Positions 38,455 through 52,020 of a stretch of DNA of 64,000 bases are shown piece by piece. Below the pieces are notes generated by a model. That model worked only from the letters and a program-made list of their open reading frames with translations. It did no database searches and was not told where the DNA came from. The stretch spans positions 157,606,001 to 157,670,000 of the forward strand of contig NC_086097.1 in assembly GCF_963921235.1 (NCBI RefSeq), given 5' to 3'. How positions within the stretch are numbered: the stretch's first letter is position 1; the number at the start of each line of letters is the position of its first letter. The translations under genes were made by a program, and so were the position numbers. This DNA comes from Mobula hypostoma. Its lineage: Eukaryota.

Positions 38455-39830
38455 AATGGTTTGGATGATCATGTTGTTAACTGGATCAGCAAATTTGTGG
38501 ATGATACCAAAAATCGAAAGAAGTCAGAGAAAGTTGTAAAATTAATCAAGTCCATCATGTGTACTAGTCTCTATAGTATCAAAGACAACTTCAAGGAGTG
38601 GTGCCTCAAAAAGTAACGCCCATTATTAAGACCCCCAACACCCATGATATGCCCTCTTCATATTGTTACCAGGAAGGAGGTACAGAAGTGATTCAGGAAC
38701 AGCTTCTTCCCCTTTGCCAACCAACTTCTAAATGGACATTGAACCCATAAACACTACCTCATTTTCTTTTATTATTTCTGTTTTTGCACTTAAGCAAAAA
38801 ATTAAGTTCTTAAATTTAACTAGTTAATGTGCAGTACATATATATACTTACTATAATTCATTTATTTTTCTATATTTAACATGTATTGCATTGTACTGCT
38901 GCTATTTAATTAACAAATTCCACAACCTTTGCCAGTGATATTAAAGCTGATTCTGATCGGGGGTATGGTAGACAGTGAGGACGACTATCAGAGCTTGCTG
39001 AGGGATCTGGACCACCTGGAAAACTTTGCTGAAAAAATGGCAGATGGATTTCAATGCAAACAAGTGGGAGGGGTGTTGCACTTAGGTAGGGCCAACCAGG
39101 GTAGGTCTTGCACGGTGAAGATGGGACACCAAGGAATGCTGTAGGACAGTGGGATCTGGGAACACAGGTCCATAATTAACTGAAAGTGGTGGCACAGGTA
39201 GGTAGGGTTGTAAAGAAAGCTTTTGGCACATTGGCCTTCATAAATCCAAGTATTGAGTACAGGAGATGGGATGTTATGTTGAAGTTGTACAAGACATTGG
39301 TGAGGCCTAATTTGGTGCATTGTGTGCAGTTTTGGTCACCTGCCTACAGGAAAGATGTAAATAAGGTTCAAAGAATATAGAGGAAATTTACAAGGATGTT
39401 GCTGGGGCTGGAGAACCTGAGTTATAAGGAAAAATTAAATAAGTTAGGACTTTATTCCTTGGAACACACAAGACTGAGAGGAAATTTGATAGAGGTACAC
39501 AAAACTACAAGGCGTATAGAGAGCTTTTTCTACTGAGGTTGGGACTTCAACTAGAGGTCATGGGTTAGGGGTGAAAGGTGAAAAGTTTAAGAGGAACATG
39601 AAGTGAAACTTCTTCACCCAGAGCGTCCGTAGAGCATGGAGTGAGCTGCCTGCGCAAATAGTGCATGCGAGCTCGATTTCAATGTTTATGTTTTGATAGG
39701 TACATGATGGTAGGGGTATGGCCCTGATGCAGGTCGATGGGAGTATGCAGACTAAATGGTTTAGCACTGATTAGATGGGCCAAAGGGCCTGGTTCTGTGT
39801 TGTACTTTTCTATGACTCAATGATTCTACT
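38455..39830 (+). mobile_element. CR1 fragment with nested Rex1 3' piece (~38515-38957)
   Basis: WISKFVDDTK | IGGMVDSEDDYQSL rejoin across the insert; ORF 39186 LYKTLVRPNL..CVQFWSP. Confidence 0.88.
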
Positions 39831-41439
39831 TTATATTGGTTTGCATGACAGAATTCCTCCAACTTGGCATAACTTGGTTTGAATATTAACAATCACTCAA
39901 TGATAATCTAAATACAAGCCACTTTACTAAAATGATGTTCAGAATGAAAACAAGACTTAGGGAAGAGCCAGTAGCACTCAATCCTGTCATAAACACCAAA
40001 ATGTTAACCTAAGCAATGCAAGAATATGACAGCTAGTAGATACTGATGTCCACACTACCCATGTTTACATTGCATTTGCTTCAATGGCAAATAACCCCAT
40101 GAATAATATTTCTATATACCCTAAATGACATACTAGGAGACCATTAAGTCTGTGTTGGCTCTCAGAACAACCCTGCCAATGCCATTCCCAAGTTATTTCT
40201 CTGCAAACTATTTTTTCACATGTTCTTTAATATCCCACTCCCTTGTAAACAATCTGGAATAAAATAACAGCATATCTTTGCAATGTATTAGGAAACTGAA
40301 ACACCCCAATAGGAGCCCATGTAGACTCCATGCAGAGAGCAACAGAGGTCAGAATAGTACTGGAACTGAAAAATGTACACATTTCCTGCCGTATCACTGT
40401 TACCTGAATTAAATCTGTCCTATTCCTGAAAACTGGGGCTTAAATGGAAATATTTTTAAAAAGGTGAACACATCAAAAACATACAAAAGTGTTCAGCTTT
40501 TCAAAAGTGAAATACAATTGAAAATAACATGAACATTGTAATTGACCATGGAAACCTCATCATAAATGGATGTAGAAACCTTGACAAATATAACAGCTGA
40601 ATTTCAGGGCAGATGTGCAGATCTTAAATGGGTTTTCACAAAAGAATCATGTAGGCTGTCCTTGAAGATGGTTAACATGCCCCTCCAATTTGTGTTACAG
40701 AAGTACAGCATTCATGTCAGCATCAGACATGAGGCTTTAAAGCAAATTTAATCAAGGAAAGCAATACATCTGCAGAAAAATTCTGTAACTGGATCATAAA
40801 GTGGGAACTGCATAGTCGGCAAGATCTTTGGAACCAATCCAGATGCCACTATCACAGACAAAAAATAAGTGAAACAAGAAGATTCTTGAAAGGGTGTCTT
40901 GTAAAGCTATTAGCATTCAATCACTTTGCCTCTCAACTAGGGATGTAGAGCAAGTCCTAACTATACCAGAAGACATAACAACTTTTGTGGACATTTTAAT
41001 GAACTCCCTGTGCGTAAAGATCATAACTGCACATAACATGCAACTATACCTGAAAATTTTGAGAAATGAAGAAATAATCATTTCAGACACAGATTCAACG
41101 TTAACCTCCATTTGGCTTTCTCTAATTTAAATCAGGTACCACATGCATGTTCAATTTGGGCATGATTAAATTTTGATTGTTAAACCTGTATATAATCCAC
41201 ATACTCCACCTAAATATGCAGTTGTTCAGTGCATTTATGCCAACTACATTACAGCTTTAGACTCCCAAAGCTGGGCATTGGATCATATTTGCCTTGACTG
41301 GACAAGGTTAGCAGAACTACTTAAATGAAGAACATCATTGAATCAGATAGGTGTTAATTAAAAAAAAACTGTTTCAATGGTCACCAAAACTGATAATATT
41401 CCAAAGTTATTGAAAACTGAAATTTAAATTACCTAATCA

Positions 41440-42348
41440 ATAACACCTCCTCATACTGATAATCAACACAGGCTCATCTCAAGGATACGTGCTTAGCCCA
41501 CTGCTTGACCTTCTCTACATCCATGTCTGTGTGGCGAGGCACCATCTAAATTTGCTGATGACACAATTTTTGTCAGCAGAATCTCAGATGGTGACGAGCA
41601 GGCCTACTGCTGTGAGATAGATCAGCTGGTTAAGTGGTGTCTCACTTAATATCAGTAAATCCAAGGAATTGATTGTGGACTTCAGGAAACAGAAGTGGAG
41701 GGAACACACACAAGTCCTCATCGAGGGATCAGCATTTTCAAGTACCTGGGGTCGACATCTTTTAAGATCTATCCTCGGCCCAACATATTGATACAATTAC
41801 TAAGAAGGCATACAAGTGGGTACATTTCATTAGGAGTTTGAGGAGATTTGGTATTTCACTAAAAGACTCTAGCAAATTTCTACAGGTATACCATGGAAAG
41901 CATTCAAACTGGTTAAATCATTGTCTGGTATGGAGCAGCCACTGCACAGGATCAGAAAAAGCTGCAGAGGGTTGTAAACACAGCCAACTCCACCATGGGA
42001 ACTAGCCTCCTCTGCATTGAGGTCGTCCTCAAAAGGTGATGCTTCGAAAAGGTGGCATCCATCATTAAGGACTCACACCACCTAGGACGTGCCCTCCTCT
42101 CATTACTACCATCAGGGAGAAGGTACAGGAGCCTGAAGACACTCACTCAATGTTTTAGGAACAGCTTCTTTCCCTCCGCTATCAGATATCTGAAAGAGCC
42201 ATGAACCCATGAACTCCACCGCACTATTTTTGCTCTCTTTTTGTACTACTTACTTATTTTTCACATATAAGTTTCATTGTATTTTATGTTTTGCACCGAC
42301 TGCTGCTACAAATCAACATATGTCAGTGATAATAAAGCTGATTCTGAA
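41440..42348 (+). mobile_element. Rex1-type LINE 3' fragment
   Basis: KFADDT, SKSKELIVDFRK, IIKDSHHLGRALL..LPSGRRYRSL; tail gtcagtgataataaagctgattctga. Confidence 0.9.
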
Positions 42349-42794
42349 ACTTCAGGGAGACACCAGAGACCAGTCAATGAGTGGCATGGAGAACCACCAC
42401 TATTACATTTTCAGCAGCAGAGTTTCTTTTGGGAACAGAATTTTTATTCATCCACTGTTTTAATTTTTTTCTGAAGCATCTAGCTGCGTCCCATATATTG
42501 TTGCAAGGTGTGTACCAAGATCCACAGGGAACAAGTAATATCCACATTATTTCTCTTAAATAGCAAAAAATTTTGTAGCAGACTTATTGACAGATAGTGA
42601 TGTGTTTGACAATGTCTGCATTAATGATGTTGGGGTCGTCCAGAAGGAAATAGGTTGGGGTGCAATAGTAAGGGAAGACAAGAAAGGTATTAAACCCTCC
42701 TTATGAAAACTTATCCTCATTTCCTCTATAATCTTTCCACCAATTTTATCTACACTCTCCAGGTCACTCATGATTTTATACATCTCAATAAAGA

Positions 42795-45300
42795 CAATAA
42801 GACCGTACAATATAGGAGCAGAATTAGGCCATTTGGCCCATGGAGTCTTCTCTGCCACTTCATCATGGCTACTCCAATGTTCCTCTCAGCCCCAGTCTCC
42901 TACCTTCTCCCCATATCCCTTCATGCTGAACCAGCCAAGAATCTATCAACTTCTGCCTTAAATATACCTACAGGTCTGGCCTCCACAGCTGCCTGTGGCA
43001 ATAAATTCCACAGATTCACCACTCCTTGCTAGAGAAATTCCTTTTCATCTCCATTCTAAAAGGACACCACTCTATTCTGAGGCTGTGTCCTCTGGTCTTT
43101 GACTCTATCACCATAGGAAACTTCCTCTCCATGTTCACTCTATCAATGCCTTTCACCATTCAATAGGATTCAATGAGGTCATCCCTCATTCTTCTGAATC
43201 TGAGTGAATATAGACCCAGAACCATCAGATGGTCTTCATATGATAAGACATTCAATCCCAGAATCATTTTCACGAACTTCTTTCGAAGACTCTACAGTTT
43301 CAGGCATGTCCTTTCTATGATAAGGGGCCCAAACCTGCTCATAATACTTCAAGTGAGGCCTCACCAGTGCTTTATAAAGTTTCAGCATTATATCCTTGCT
43401 TTTATATTCTAGTCCTTTTGAAAGGTATGCTAACACTGCATTTGCCTTCCTCACCACAGATTCAACTTGTAACTTAACCTTTAGGGAATGCTGCACAAAG
43501 TCCCTTTGCATTTCAGTTTTTTTTTGTATTTTCTCTCTATTTAGAAAATAGTCAACACTTTCATTTCTTCTACCAAAGTGCATGACCATACCCTTCCCCA
43601 AATTGTATTCCACTTGCTATTTCATAGCCCATTCTCCTAATCTATCTAAGTCCTTCTGTAGCCTCTTTATTTCTCAAAACTGCCCGTCCCTCCACCTGTC
43701 TTCATATTGTCTGCAAACTTTGCAACAAAGCCATCAATTCCATCATCCAAATCATTAACACATAACATAAAAATAATTGGTCCCAACACAGACCCCGTGG
43801 AACACCACTAGTCACTGGCAGCCAGCCGGAAAAGGCTCCCTTTATTCCCACTTTTTGCCTCCCGCCAATCAGCCACTGCTTTATCCATGCTAGAATCTTT
43901 CCTGTAATACCATGGACTCGTAGCTTGTTAAGCAGCCTCGTATGTGGTACCTTGTCAAAGGCCTTCTGAAAATCCAAGAGCACAACATCAACTGATTGTC
44001 CTTTTTCTATCCTGTTTGTTACTACTCTAAGAATTCCAACAGATCTGTTAGGCAAGATTTTCCCTTGAGGAAACCATGCTGACTACAACCTATTTTATCA
44101 TGTGCCTCCAGGTACCCTGAGACCTCATCCTTAATAATCGACTCCAACATCTTCCCAATTATTGTGGTCAGACTAACTGGCCTAGAGTTTCCTATCTTCT
44201 GCCTCTCTCCCTCTTGAAGAGTGGGGTGACATTTGCAATTTCCAGTTTTCTGGAACCATTCCAGAGTGTAGTGATTCTTGAAAGATCAATACTAATGCCT
44301 CCATGATGTCTTCAGCCACCACTTTTGCTACTCTGGGCTGTACACCATCTGGTCCAGGTGATTTATCTTCTTTCAGAACTATCAGTACCCCAAGAAACTT
44401 CTCTCTAGTTATGGTAACTTCATGCACTTCATGCCCCCGATACCTAGAACTCCACCATACTGCTAGTGTCTTCCACAATGAAGACTGATGCAAGATACTT
44501 ATGCAGTTCATCTAACATGTCATTGTCTCCCATTACTACCTCTCCAACATCATTCTTCCAGTGGTCTGCAACCCATTCTTGCTTTTTTAATACTTTATTT
44601 GTTTGAAGAAACTTTTGATATCCTCTTTAATATTATTGACTAGTTTACTTTTGTATTCCATCTTTACCTCCTTAATGACATTTTTAGTTGCCTTCTGTTG
44701 ATTTTTAAAAGCTTCCCAATCCTCTAACTTCCTACTAATCTTTTCTCTATTACATGCCCTCTCTTTGGCTTTTATATTGGCTTTGACTTTTCTTGTTAGC
44801 CATGGTTGTGTCATCTTTCATTTAGAAGACTTCTTCCTCTATGGGATGTAGATATCCTGTGCTGCCTTAATTGCTTCCAGAAATTCCAGCCATATCTGCT
44901 GTGCTGTCATCCTTGCCAGTGTTCTTTTCCAACCAGTTCTGGACAACTCCTCTCTCAAGCCTTTATAATTCCCCTTACTCCCCTGTAATGGTGATACATC
45001 TGACTTTAGCTTCTCCTTCTCAAATTTCAGGGTGAAATTATTCATATCATGATCACACCCCTAAAGTTTCTTTTACCATAGCCTTTCTAATCAATTCTAG
45101 TTCATTGCACAACGCCCAATACAGAAGAGCTCATCCTCTCGAGGGCTCAACCATGAGCTGCTCTAACAAGCTATATCATAGGCACTCTAGAAATTCACCC
45201 TCCTGTAATCCAGCATCAACCTGATTTTCCCAGTCTACCTGCATATTGAAGTCCCTCCATGACTATTGTAATATTGCCCTTTTGGTTTGCCCTTTTCTAT
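42795..45300 (-). mobile_element. ~2.5-kb CR1 ORF2 fragment with many disablements
   Basis: ORFs 44839, 44587 (PWLTRKV), 44182 (KSPGPDG), 43702 (LDFQKAFDKVPH), 43236 (LYKALVRPHL); CR1 3' UTR at ~42795-42850. Confidence 0.95.
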
Positions 45301-45613
45301 CTGGAAGTTTCTCATCAGCCCACAATAAATGGATATATTCTGCATGTCAAGGAGCATCTTTCAATCGAGAAATTCTAAGTCTTTCAAATTGATAGTGAAA
45401 GGTCATTAATGAAATGTTAACTCTGTTTCTCTCATCAAAATTGCTGCCAGGCCTGTTGAGGTTTCATTATAATTTTTGTTTTCATTTCTGAATTCCAAAG
45501 CTTATTGATTTGCTCTCCTGATACAAGCTTTTCATTCAGTGTTTGGTCTGGTGATCCCCACGTGGAATCTGTAAAGTTCTAACAATGAAGTGAAATGAGA
45601 AAAAATATCATAC

Positions 45614-45760
45614 CTGTTGATACCCCCTTGGAAAAGACTCTCTTCGAAATAGTGACTTTATCTTCGGAATTCCTCGCCCAGCCAACCATCCCTCTCCATC
45701 CTTTCATGGGGAAATTGATATCTGTAGCCCCATTGGCTGGGCGTTTATAAATACATATCA
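45614..45760 (-). CDS. ADGRB1: ADGRB1 coding exon, 147 nt, phase 1-1
   Basis: ttttcag|TGATAT...TCAACAG|gtatga. Translates [49 protein letters not shown]; lies inside track ORF 45579..45803. Confidence 0.95.
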
Positions 45761-48259
45761 CTGAAAAGAAAACAAATATACCAAACCACTTACTTAATAA
45801 CAAATACTGGTGAATTCTAACTATTTACTATCACACAAGTATATTGGACAAATTTAGCACCCTTTCCGAAATCATTTGACAGCAAAACAGAAATGAATTG
45901 ACAGAGCAGCTCCAAACTTCTCTCTCCTATCAACACAAACTTCCAATCTGTTTTCTGACTTTTTGCCATGACAAACTACTTCCATTTTTCAGCAAAACTG
46001 CATAGTCTCACTTCTCTCAGGTATTTTGTCAACAATGTACTGCTCAGCTACCTTAATGGACTACCCAAGAATCAGGAATTAATATGTTAGTTCTCACTAC
46101 TGGTTAGATCTCAAATTGGAAAATATGTGCCTACATGAAAGTATTGATCTGCTTGGAGCACACCAAGGACAAGGTAAATTGGAGATACAAGATATTAAAT
46201 TAAATCCAGGTTCCTTTTCAAATTTTGCTGAAGAACTTCATGGTAGGGATTTGTTTCGCAACCTGTCCTTGGGCAGACCATAATGGAAAAAAAAAACATT
46301 GAATATCAGTTCCAGAACTAAAAGTAAGTAAATAAATAAATAAAGCCAATTTCAGAACCATATCATGCCTCTGTAGATAATACTTCTTGGCACATAACTC
46401 TGAGAAATATAAAAATATATTTCACTAAGGTTTCATGTGCTTTACACTAAGCATACACTTGAGTATAATAATTCAATTTGCAGTGAAGTGAGCAAGTTGG
46501 TCCATTAGTTGAGGAAAAATCAAGCTCAACTCAATACAGTTCCCACTGTCAATGTATGCATCAGTCCAGAAGAATTATGAAGATTAAGTGGTCATCCAAT
46601 GGCTAATGCAATGTTAACAATGTTCAATATAGATTAGCCATTTCCTCAAGGAGTTAAGAGGTATAAAATATGGTCACCTTTGATGAACAATCAGGACGCA
46701 GGTTTTCCAACAAAGTCCAGTGGTAAGAAGGATTCTTCTTCTCCAGTATACCAAGTCTGCAGATTCAGATTGCTTGTATAGTTGAGAACAAGCAGATATT
46801 TGTTCAAAAGAAGTTAGTATTTGCTAGATAAGAATTTTTGGATTATCAGGGAAGCTAAGATCACTGCACTGAATTGAAGTACTGTACAAATTTATTGTGA
46901 TCAAACTGAAAGGTGGGTCAAGCTTGTGGAACTGAAAGGCCTACTTATGAATTCCTAAGACTGAGATACAAGGTGAGAAAATACAAATTAGGACCAGGAT
47001 TATGCTCATATGGTTCTTCGAGCTCACTTTGCCACTCAATAATGTAATTGAAATGATCTTGTCATCAGCTTCAGTTTCCTATCTGCTCCCCCTAAACAGT
47101 GATTTTCCTTTAATCTAAAGGATGGCTTATAGCAATCAGTGTACAGTGTCCCAGCATATCAGGGGAGAACAAGAATCCTTAATATCATGTTCTCACGCCT
47201 CAATGACAGCCACTGGTTTAGGATACGCAGATAATTTTATTTTATATTGGAGCCACACATCAAAATGATTTCTGTGAAAAGTGACATGCCGTATCCAATA
47301 AGGGTCATTTGTGAAGAACACAATGCAGGCAGCCCCTGCAGGACTATAACAATTAATCTACTTGATTTCTAACTGAGAAAAGTAAGGTCCTTTAGGGGGC
47401 TTGAATTTTTTCAATTAATTCAGTGCCAAGTATGGATATGTAAGAGTAAAAGTTCTGATCCATGAAAACTCAGAATATGTTTGGCATATTAAGAATGAGG
47501 GAAAGAATAATACCCTCAAGCAAATGTCCTCTGTAGAACTCAATTATTGAAGATATACTTGTTGCATGCATTCTTATGATAAAAAATATGACTTTTAGTT
47601 TATGTAGACTCTATTTCAAAGCTATTTTCCATTTATTCTGCTCTAGACTTCATTGTTCTTTGGAAACTCTTCATTCTCATACCTAAAAGGAACCATACAA
47701 ACACACTGAAAACAATTCACTTTTCAGTGACAAGTACGGCTGAACTATGTAAATGAAAACAACACAGGGGGGAAAAAAGCATAAATTTACATAAATAATT
47801 ATACTATTAATGCAGATCATTTTGAACTGCTTTATCTGTTATAGCACTCGTATTTTCCATTATGTTTCACAGGCCTTATAAATCCTATAATATTTTCAAT
47901 AAAATCATTTGAGGTTTGGTTGAATCACAGCCTCATAAATATATGTTCAAACATAATCCAGTTCTTACACAAACATCTTACTGCATAAAATTCAAAGGAT
48001 AAGAAGCATCAGATTGTGAACATAAGATTTGGAAAATCAGACAGAAATTCAGCATGTATTAAGACTATTGGTACTATCCTTGGATTTGTATGCATGCATT
48101 TGAATTGTTGGGGGTTTCATTTCCCCTGGTGGCACTTGCCTTAATAAGCATGCCTACAATTCAATTGTGGACCACTTAAATATGTTAATGTTTGTATTCA
48201 AGCGGTTTCACAGCTGTACTCAGCAAGACAACAGAAATCATCTGAATGAAGAGATTAGG

Positions 48260-48740
48260 ATCATACATTTTTATAGAGGGAAAATAGAAAATACAACAGG
48301 CTGGTGGACATATGGCAGATAGATTTTAACACTAAGAAATATTAAGTTTTTCATTATAGTAGGAAGAATGAAGGGTGACAATAAAAACTTGCAATTGTCA
48401 AAAGGAATAAAGGGATTTGGAGAACGATATATGTGCATAAATCATTGAACGTGGCAGGGTCAGTTGAGAAAACAGTGAAGAAAAACATGATCGCTGGCTT
48501 GATAAACAAAGGCGGCATACATGAGCAATGAGGCAATGATGTATCATAATAAAAACCCCCTTTGGCCACCACTATACTACTATAGTCACTTCATGACACC
48601 ACCCTCCAGGAAAGATGCAAAGGTCTTAGAGAGTGTTCATGTTGGATTTACTGGAATTCTTCCAGGAATGAATAATGTGTATAAACTGGAGATGCTGGAT
48701 TTTGCTCTCTTTGGAAAAGGAATGGATGTGCAGAGATTGA
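48260..48740 (+). mobile_element. Old CR1 fragment
   Basis: tggcagatagattttaac, aggaaagatgcaaaggtcttagagagtgt (RKD..LESV). Confidence 0.65.
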
Positions 48741-49066
48741 CACAACTCTTCCCATTTTCTCTATTTGATCACAAGAAAACATTTTAAAAGTTATTTTAAG
48801 GCCTCAACAGCTTTTCGGTCATGGCAGATACACTTTTTCTTCCCAGCCTTTTCAAACTCCAGCTCTCCCCACCCTTTCTGACCTCCAGTTCTCTCCTGGT
48901 TGATATGGTATGAGCTAGGCTGTAAGTAGTTATTTGTTACCCTAAGATTATTTTGCTTTAGTTTAATATTGTTAATTGTTAACTAATTTTCAAAAACATC
49001 AGAAACGAAAATCAATCTCACATCATGACTAGTGAACATTTTAGAAGTTATAAAAAATCAGCACAC

Positions 49067-49175
49067 CTAGGTTTTCAGTGACAAGATAGGAGTCTCTGAA
49101 GTCATTCAGTCGAAAACCAATGACATCAATAAAATTCTCAACAGTCTGCATCACTTCCCTTGAGTTTGGCCCAGT
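49067..49175 (-). CDS. ADGRB1: ADGRB1 coding exon, 109 nt, phase 0-1
   Basis: ttttacag|ACTGGG...AACCTAG|gtgtgc. Translates TGPNSREVMQTVENFIDVIGFRLNDFRDSYLVTENL. Confidence 0.93.
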
Positions 49176-49434
49176 CTGTAAAATGAAGACAAAACATTTG
49201 AATTGTAGCAGTCACAAACTCAACAGAAAATTGTCTACAGTGCCATCATCTCTGTTGGGTGATGAAAATCACACCATGTAACAATGACAGCTTATGCAAT
49301 ATGCTTGCAAAATTCACTTCCAATGGAGCACATAGATAGCTTTGTGATTTGGCACACTGCCTCCTACTTGAGATGGATTTCTGGGCAAATATTTCAAGAG
49401 ACAGTATTCCATTACAATTAGTTCAATTATGCGA

Positions 49435-49905
49435 CAGGAAAGATATTATCCCACAAGAGCAAGAAATCCTCCACAGCAATGAAATCTTTTGGCCCGAATG
49501 GGACAATTTAAAATTTACTATGCTCTGTATGTCTATATAGTAGTTGTATTAGATAGTATACTGCATATATAGTGTATGTATACGAATTGAGATGCATTCT
49601 ATAGAGTTGGTTTATAGCTAAGCAGGAAGGAGTGTTGTATATTTCATATTTCAGCAATATTTGAGAAATATTGTAATTATATTGTATACAGTTTGATTAA
49701 GCATTCCTTGTTGTTGAAATATAGTTGGTCATGGTGTATATACGTATACAATGTATACAAAATATGTGAATTACAATGTTTTGACACTACCAAGTCATAT
49801 GTTCACACTTGGCTTCAAGTAAAAACTAAGTTAGACTCGTATCTCTCAGCTCCCTTGCTTTTTCCTTTTGCTTATTTTTATGTTTTGGAGTTACAAAACA
49901 TAACA
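49435..49905 (+). mobile_element. 3' end of a Gypsy LTR retrotransposon: integrase tail, PPT and 3' LTR (49633-49905)
   Basis: ERYYPTRARNPP remnant; polypurine tract aagcaggaaggag abuts TGTT; LTR ends AACA. Confidence 0.75.
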
Positions 49906-51028
49906 GTATGTCTTTGGAATATGGGAGGAAACCAAAGCTCACAGAGTCAACCCACATGATCACAGCAAGAAGGTACAAACTCCTTACAGAATGCGGTGAA
50001 AATCAAACCCTGATGACTGATTGCTGGCACCATCTAGGTTACTCAGTCCCGTGCAACTCTCTTAGTTATCAGATTTTTCATTAGCAGTGCAGAGTAGTGC
50101 TCTTTTCAAAACTGCAACTTGACTTTTTACCATTTTCTCTTCCCTGTGCAGTCCATTTACTTTTGTCTGGCTGACATGCTCTTTATATACATTCTATTTT
50201 GTTATGCATTTATATCTGCATTGGTCTAGTTTTGTAAAGCCCCTGACCCAATGTTAACGTAATTTATTTGGGCAGGGCAGTTTATGTTTAGAAGGTGCAA
50301 TTTTGCTCATGCTCCTTTTAATTCCTGACTGTAACTCAATTTTATCTCTGTCAACTGTTTCTATTGATACAGCTATTTTCAACTGCTCTTCTAAATAACA
50401 GTTGTGCTTCAATTAGGAGCCATTTTTAATACTTTCTTGTCAGATTCCAGAAAATAAATGATTTCTCAGTGAATCATTAAGCCCATTACCAAACTAACAA
50501 TCCTCAGACAACTTCTTCAATTCAGCCACATATGATGAAATGGACTCTCATTCCTTTTGATTCCACTTATGAAATCTAAAATTTTCTGCAACCAACAATG
50601 ATTTTGGTTCTAAGTATTCCAGCATTACTTTCACATTATCAGCCAAGCTCCTTTGGTTTGGTTGGAGCAGTCAAACACTGAAGCAAACTCTATGCCTTTA
50701 AATCAAATACACTCAGCAAAATTAGTACTTGTTTCTCATTGGCTACTCCATTTGCTTTAAAATACTGCTCATTCCATTCCTTATACAGTTATCTATTATG
50801 TAATCAAACACGCCAATCTTTCTGAAGTAGCCAGCATTTTCTACTGTTTTTTTAATGATTATTATCACCTGATAACTCACTCTTTATGAATTCGTGAATT
50901 CTTCCATTTTCTGCCTTTTTTTTTAACTTAATCACCCTTCCTTTTGAGCAGCTCTGAAGGAAAAAAATCGTGCTGTGCTTTTTAACTCGACCAATTCTCG
51001 CTGTGCTTTTCTAAACTTGAATATTCAC

Positions 51029-51274
51029 TGTGCTTCAACTGCTAGGTAGTCATCACTGGATAAAACGGAAAAGACAGGAGGCCAGGAGAACGGGTCATAA
51101 TTTCACTTTTACTTTAAGTGAGGCACAAAAATATGATGTGTTGCAGCTTCATGATGTATGCAATTCACGTATTTCATACAAAGAATTATGATGAATTATT
51201 TGAACAACAAAGAATGCTTAATCAAATGAATATTTACGGTATTACTCAAATATTATAGATACCTTAAATGCACA
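51029..51274 (-). mobile_element. Related short LTR in opposite orientation
   Basis: TGTGC...GCACA ends; reverse complement shares aatatttgag..tttgattaagcattc..tgttgtt..aaata with the 49633 LTR. Confidence 0.65.
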
Positions 51275-51499
51275 ATACATACTGTTAGGGTTAGTGAGTT
51301 GTGGGCATGCTATGTTTGTTTCGGCAGCATGGCAACTCTTGCAGGCTGCTTCCAGCACAAACCTCACTGATACGATTTGAAGAAAACAATGCATTTTCCT
51401 GTATGTTTCGATATACATGTGACAAATAAAACTAATTTTTAAAAAATCACTAACAACAGCCTGTCAACCTCCCCTCCACCCCCATCTTACCCACCCCCC

Positions 51500-51502
<3 letters not shown>

Positions 51503-51540
<38 letters not shown>
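51503..51540 (+). repeat. (AC)n microsatellite next to a C-run
   Basis: Direct inspection. Confidence 0.95.
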
Positions 51541-52020
51541 TCCTCCTCACCCTCACTGCTCTGTCCTTCTTTCCCCTAAAGAAGAATAGTAATCAAACAA
51601 GAACTAAACCTAATGTTCCTCTCTCAGAATCAGAATTATCACCGGCTTATATGACATGTAATTTGTTGTTCTGTGGCAGCAATACCTTAAAAAGACATTA
51701 AAATTATTATAAATTACAAAAGAAATAAAAACTGCCAAGCAAAAGAAATAATGTGACCAGACAGAAATCTGATGGTGGAGGGGAAGGAGCTGTTCCCAAA
51801 TCATTGAGCATGAGCCTCGAGGCTCCTGAACCTCCTTCCTGATGGCAGTAACGAGTAGAAGGCATGGTAAGTCCATGATGGTGAGGGTGCATTCTGCAGT
51901 CTTGAGGCATACAAACAGTAGGGGAAGGGGTGTGTCCACGATTGAGCTGGCTAGAATCTACAACCCTCTACATCCTCTTGCAATCCTTTGCATTGGAGGC
52001 TCCATGCTATGCTGTGATGA

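Noticed and set aside
49435..49905. Gypsy remnant as a possible Arc-like domesticated gag (Arc neighbours ADGRB1 in mammals)
   Set aside because: Only an integrase tail and LTR are present; no gag ORF anywhere in the window.
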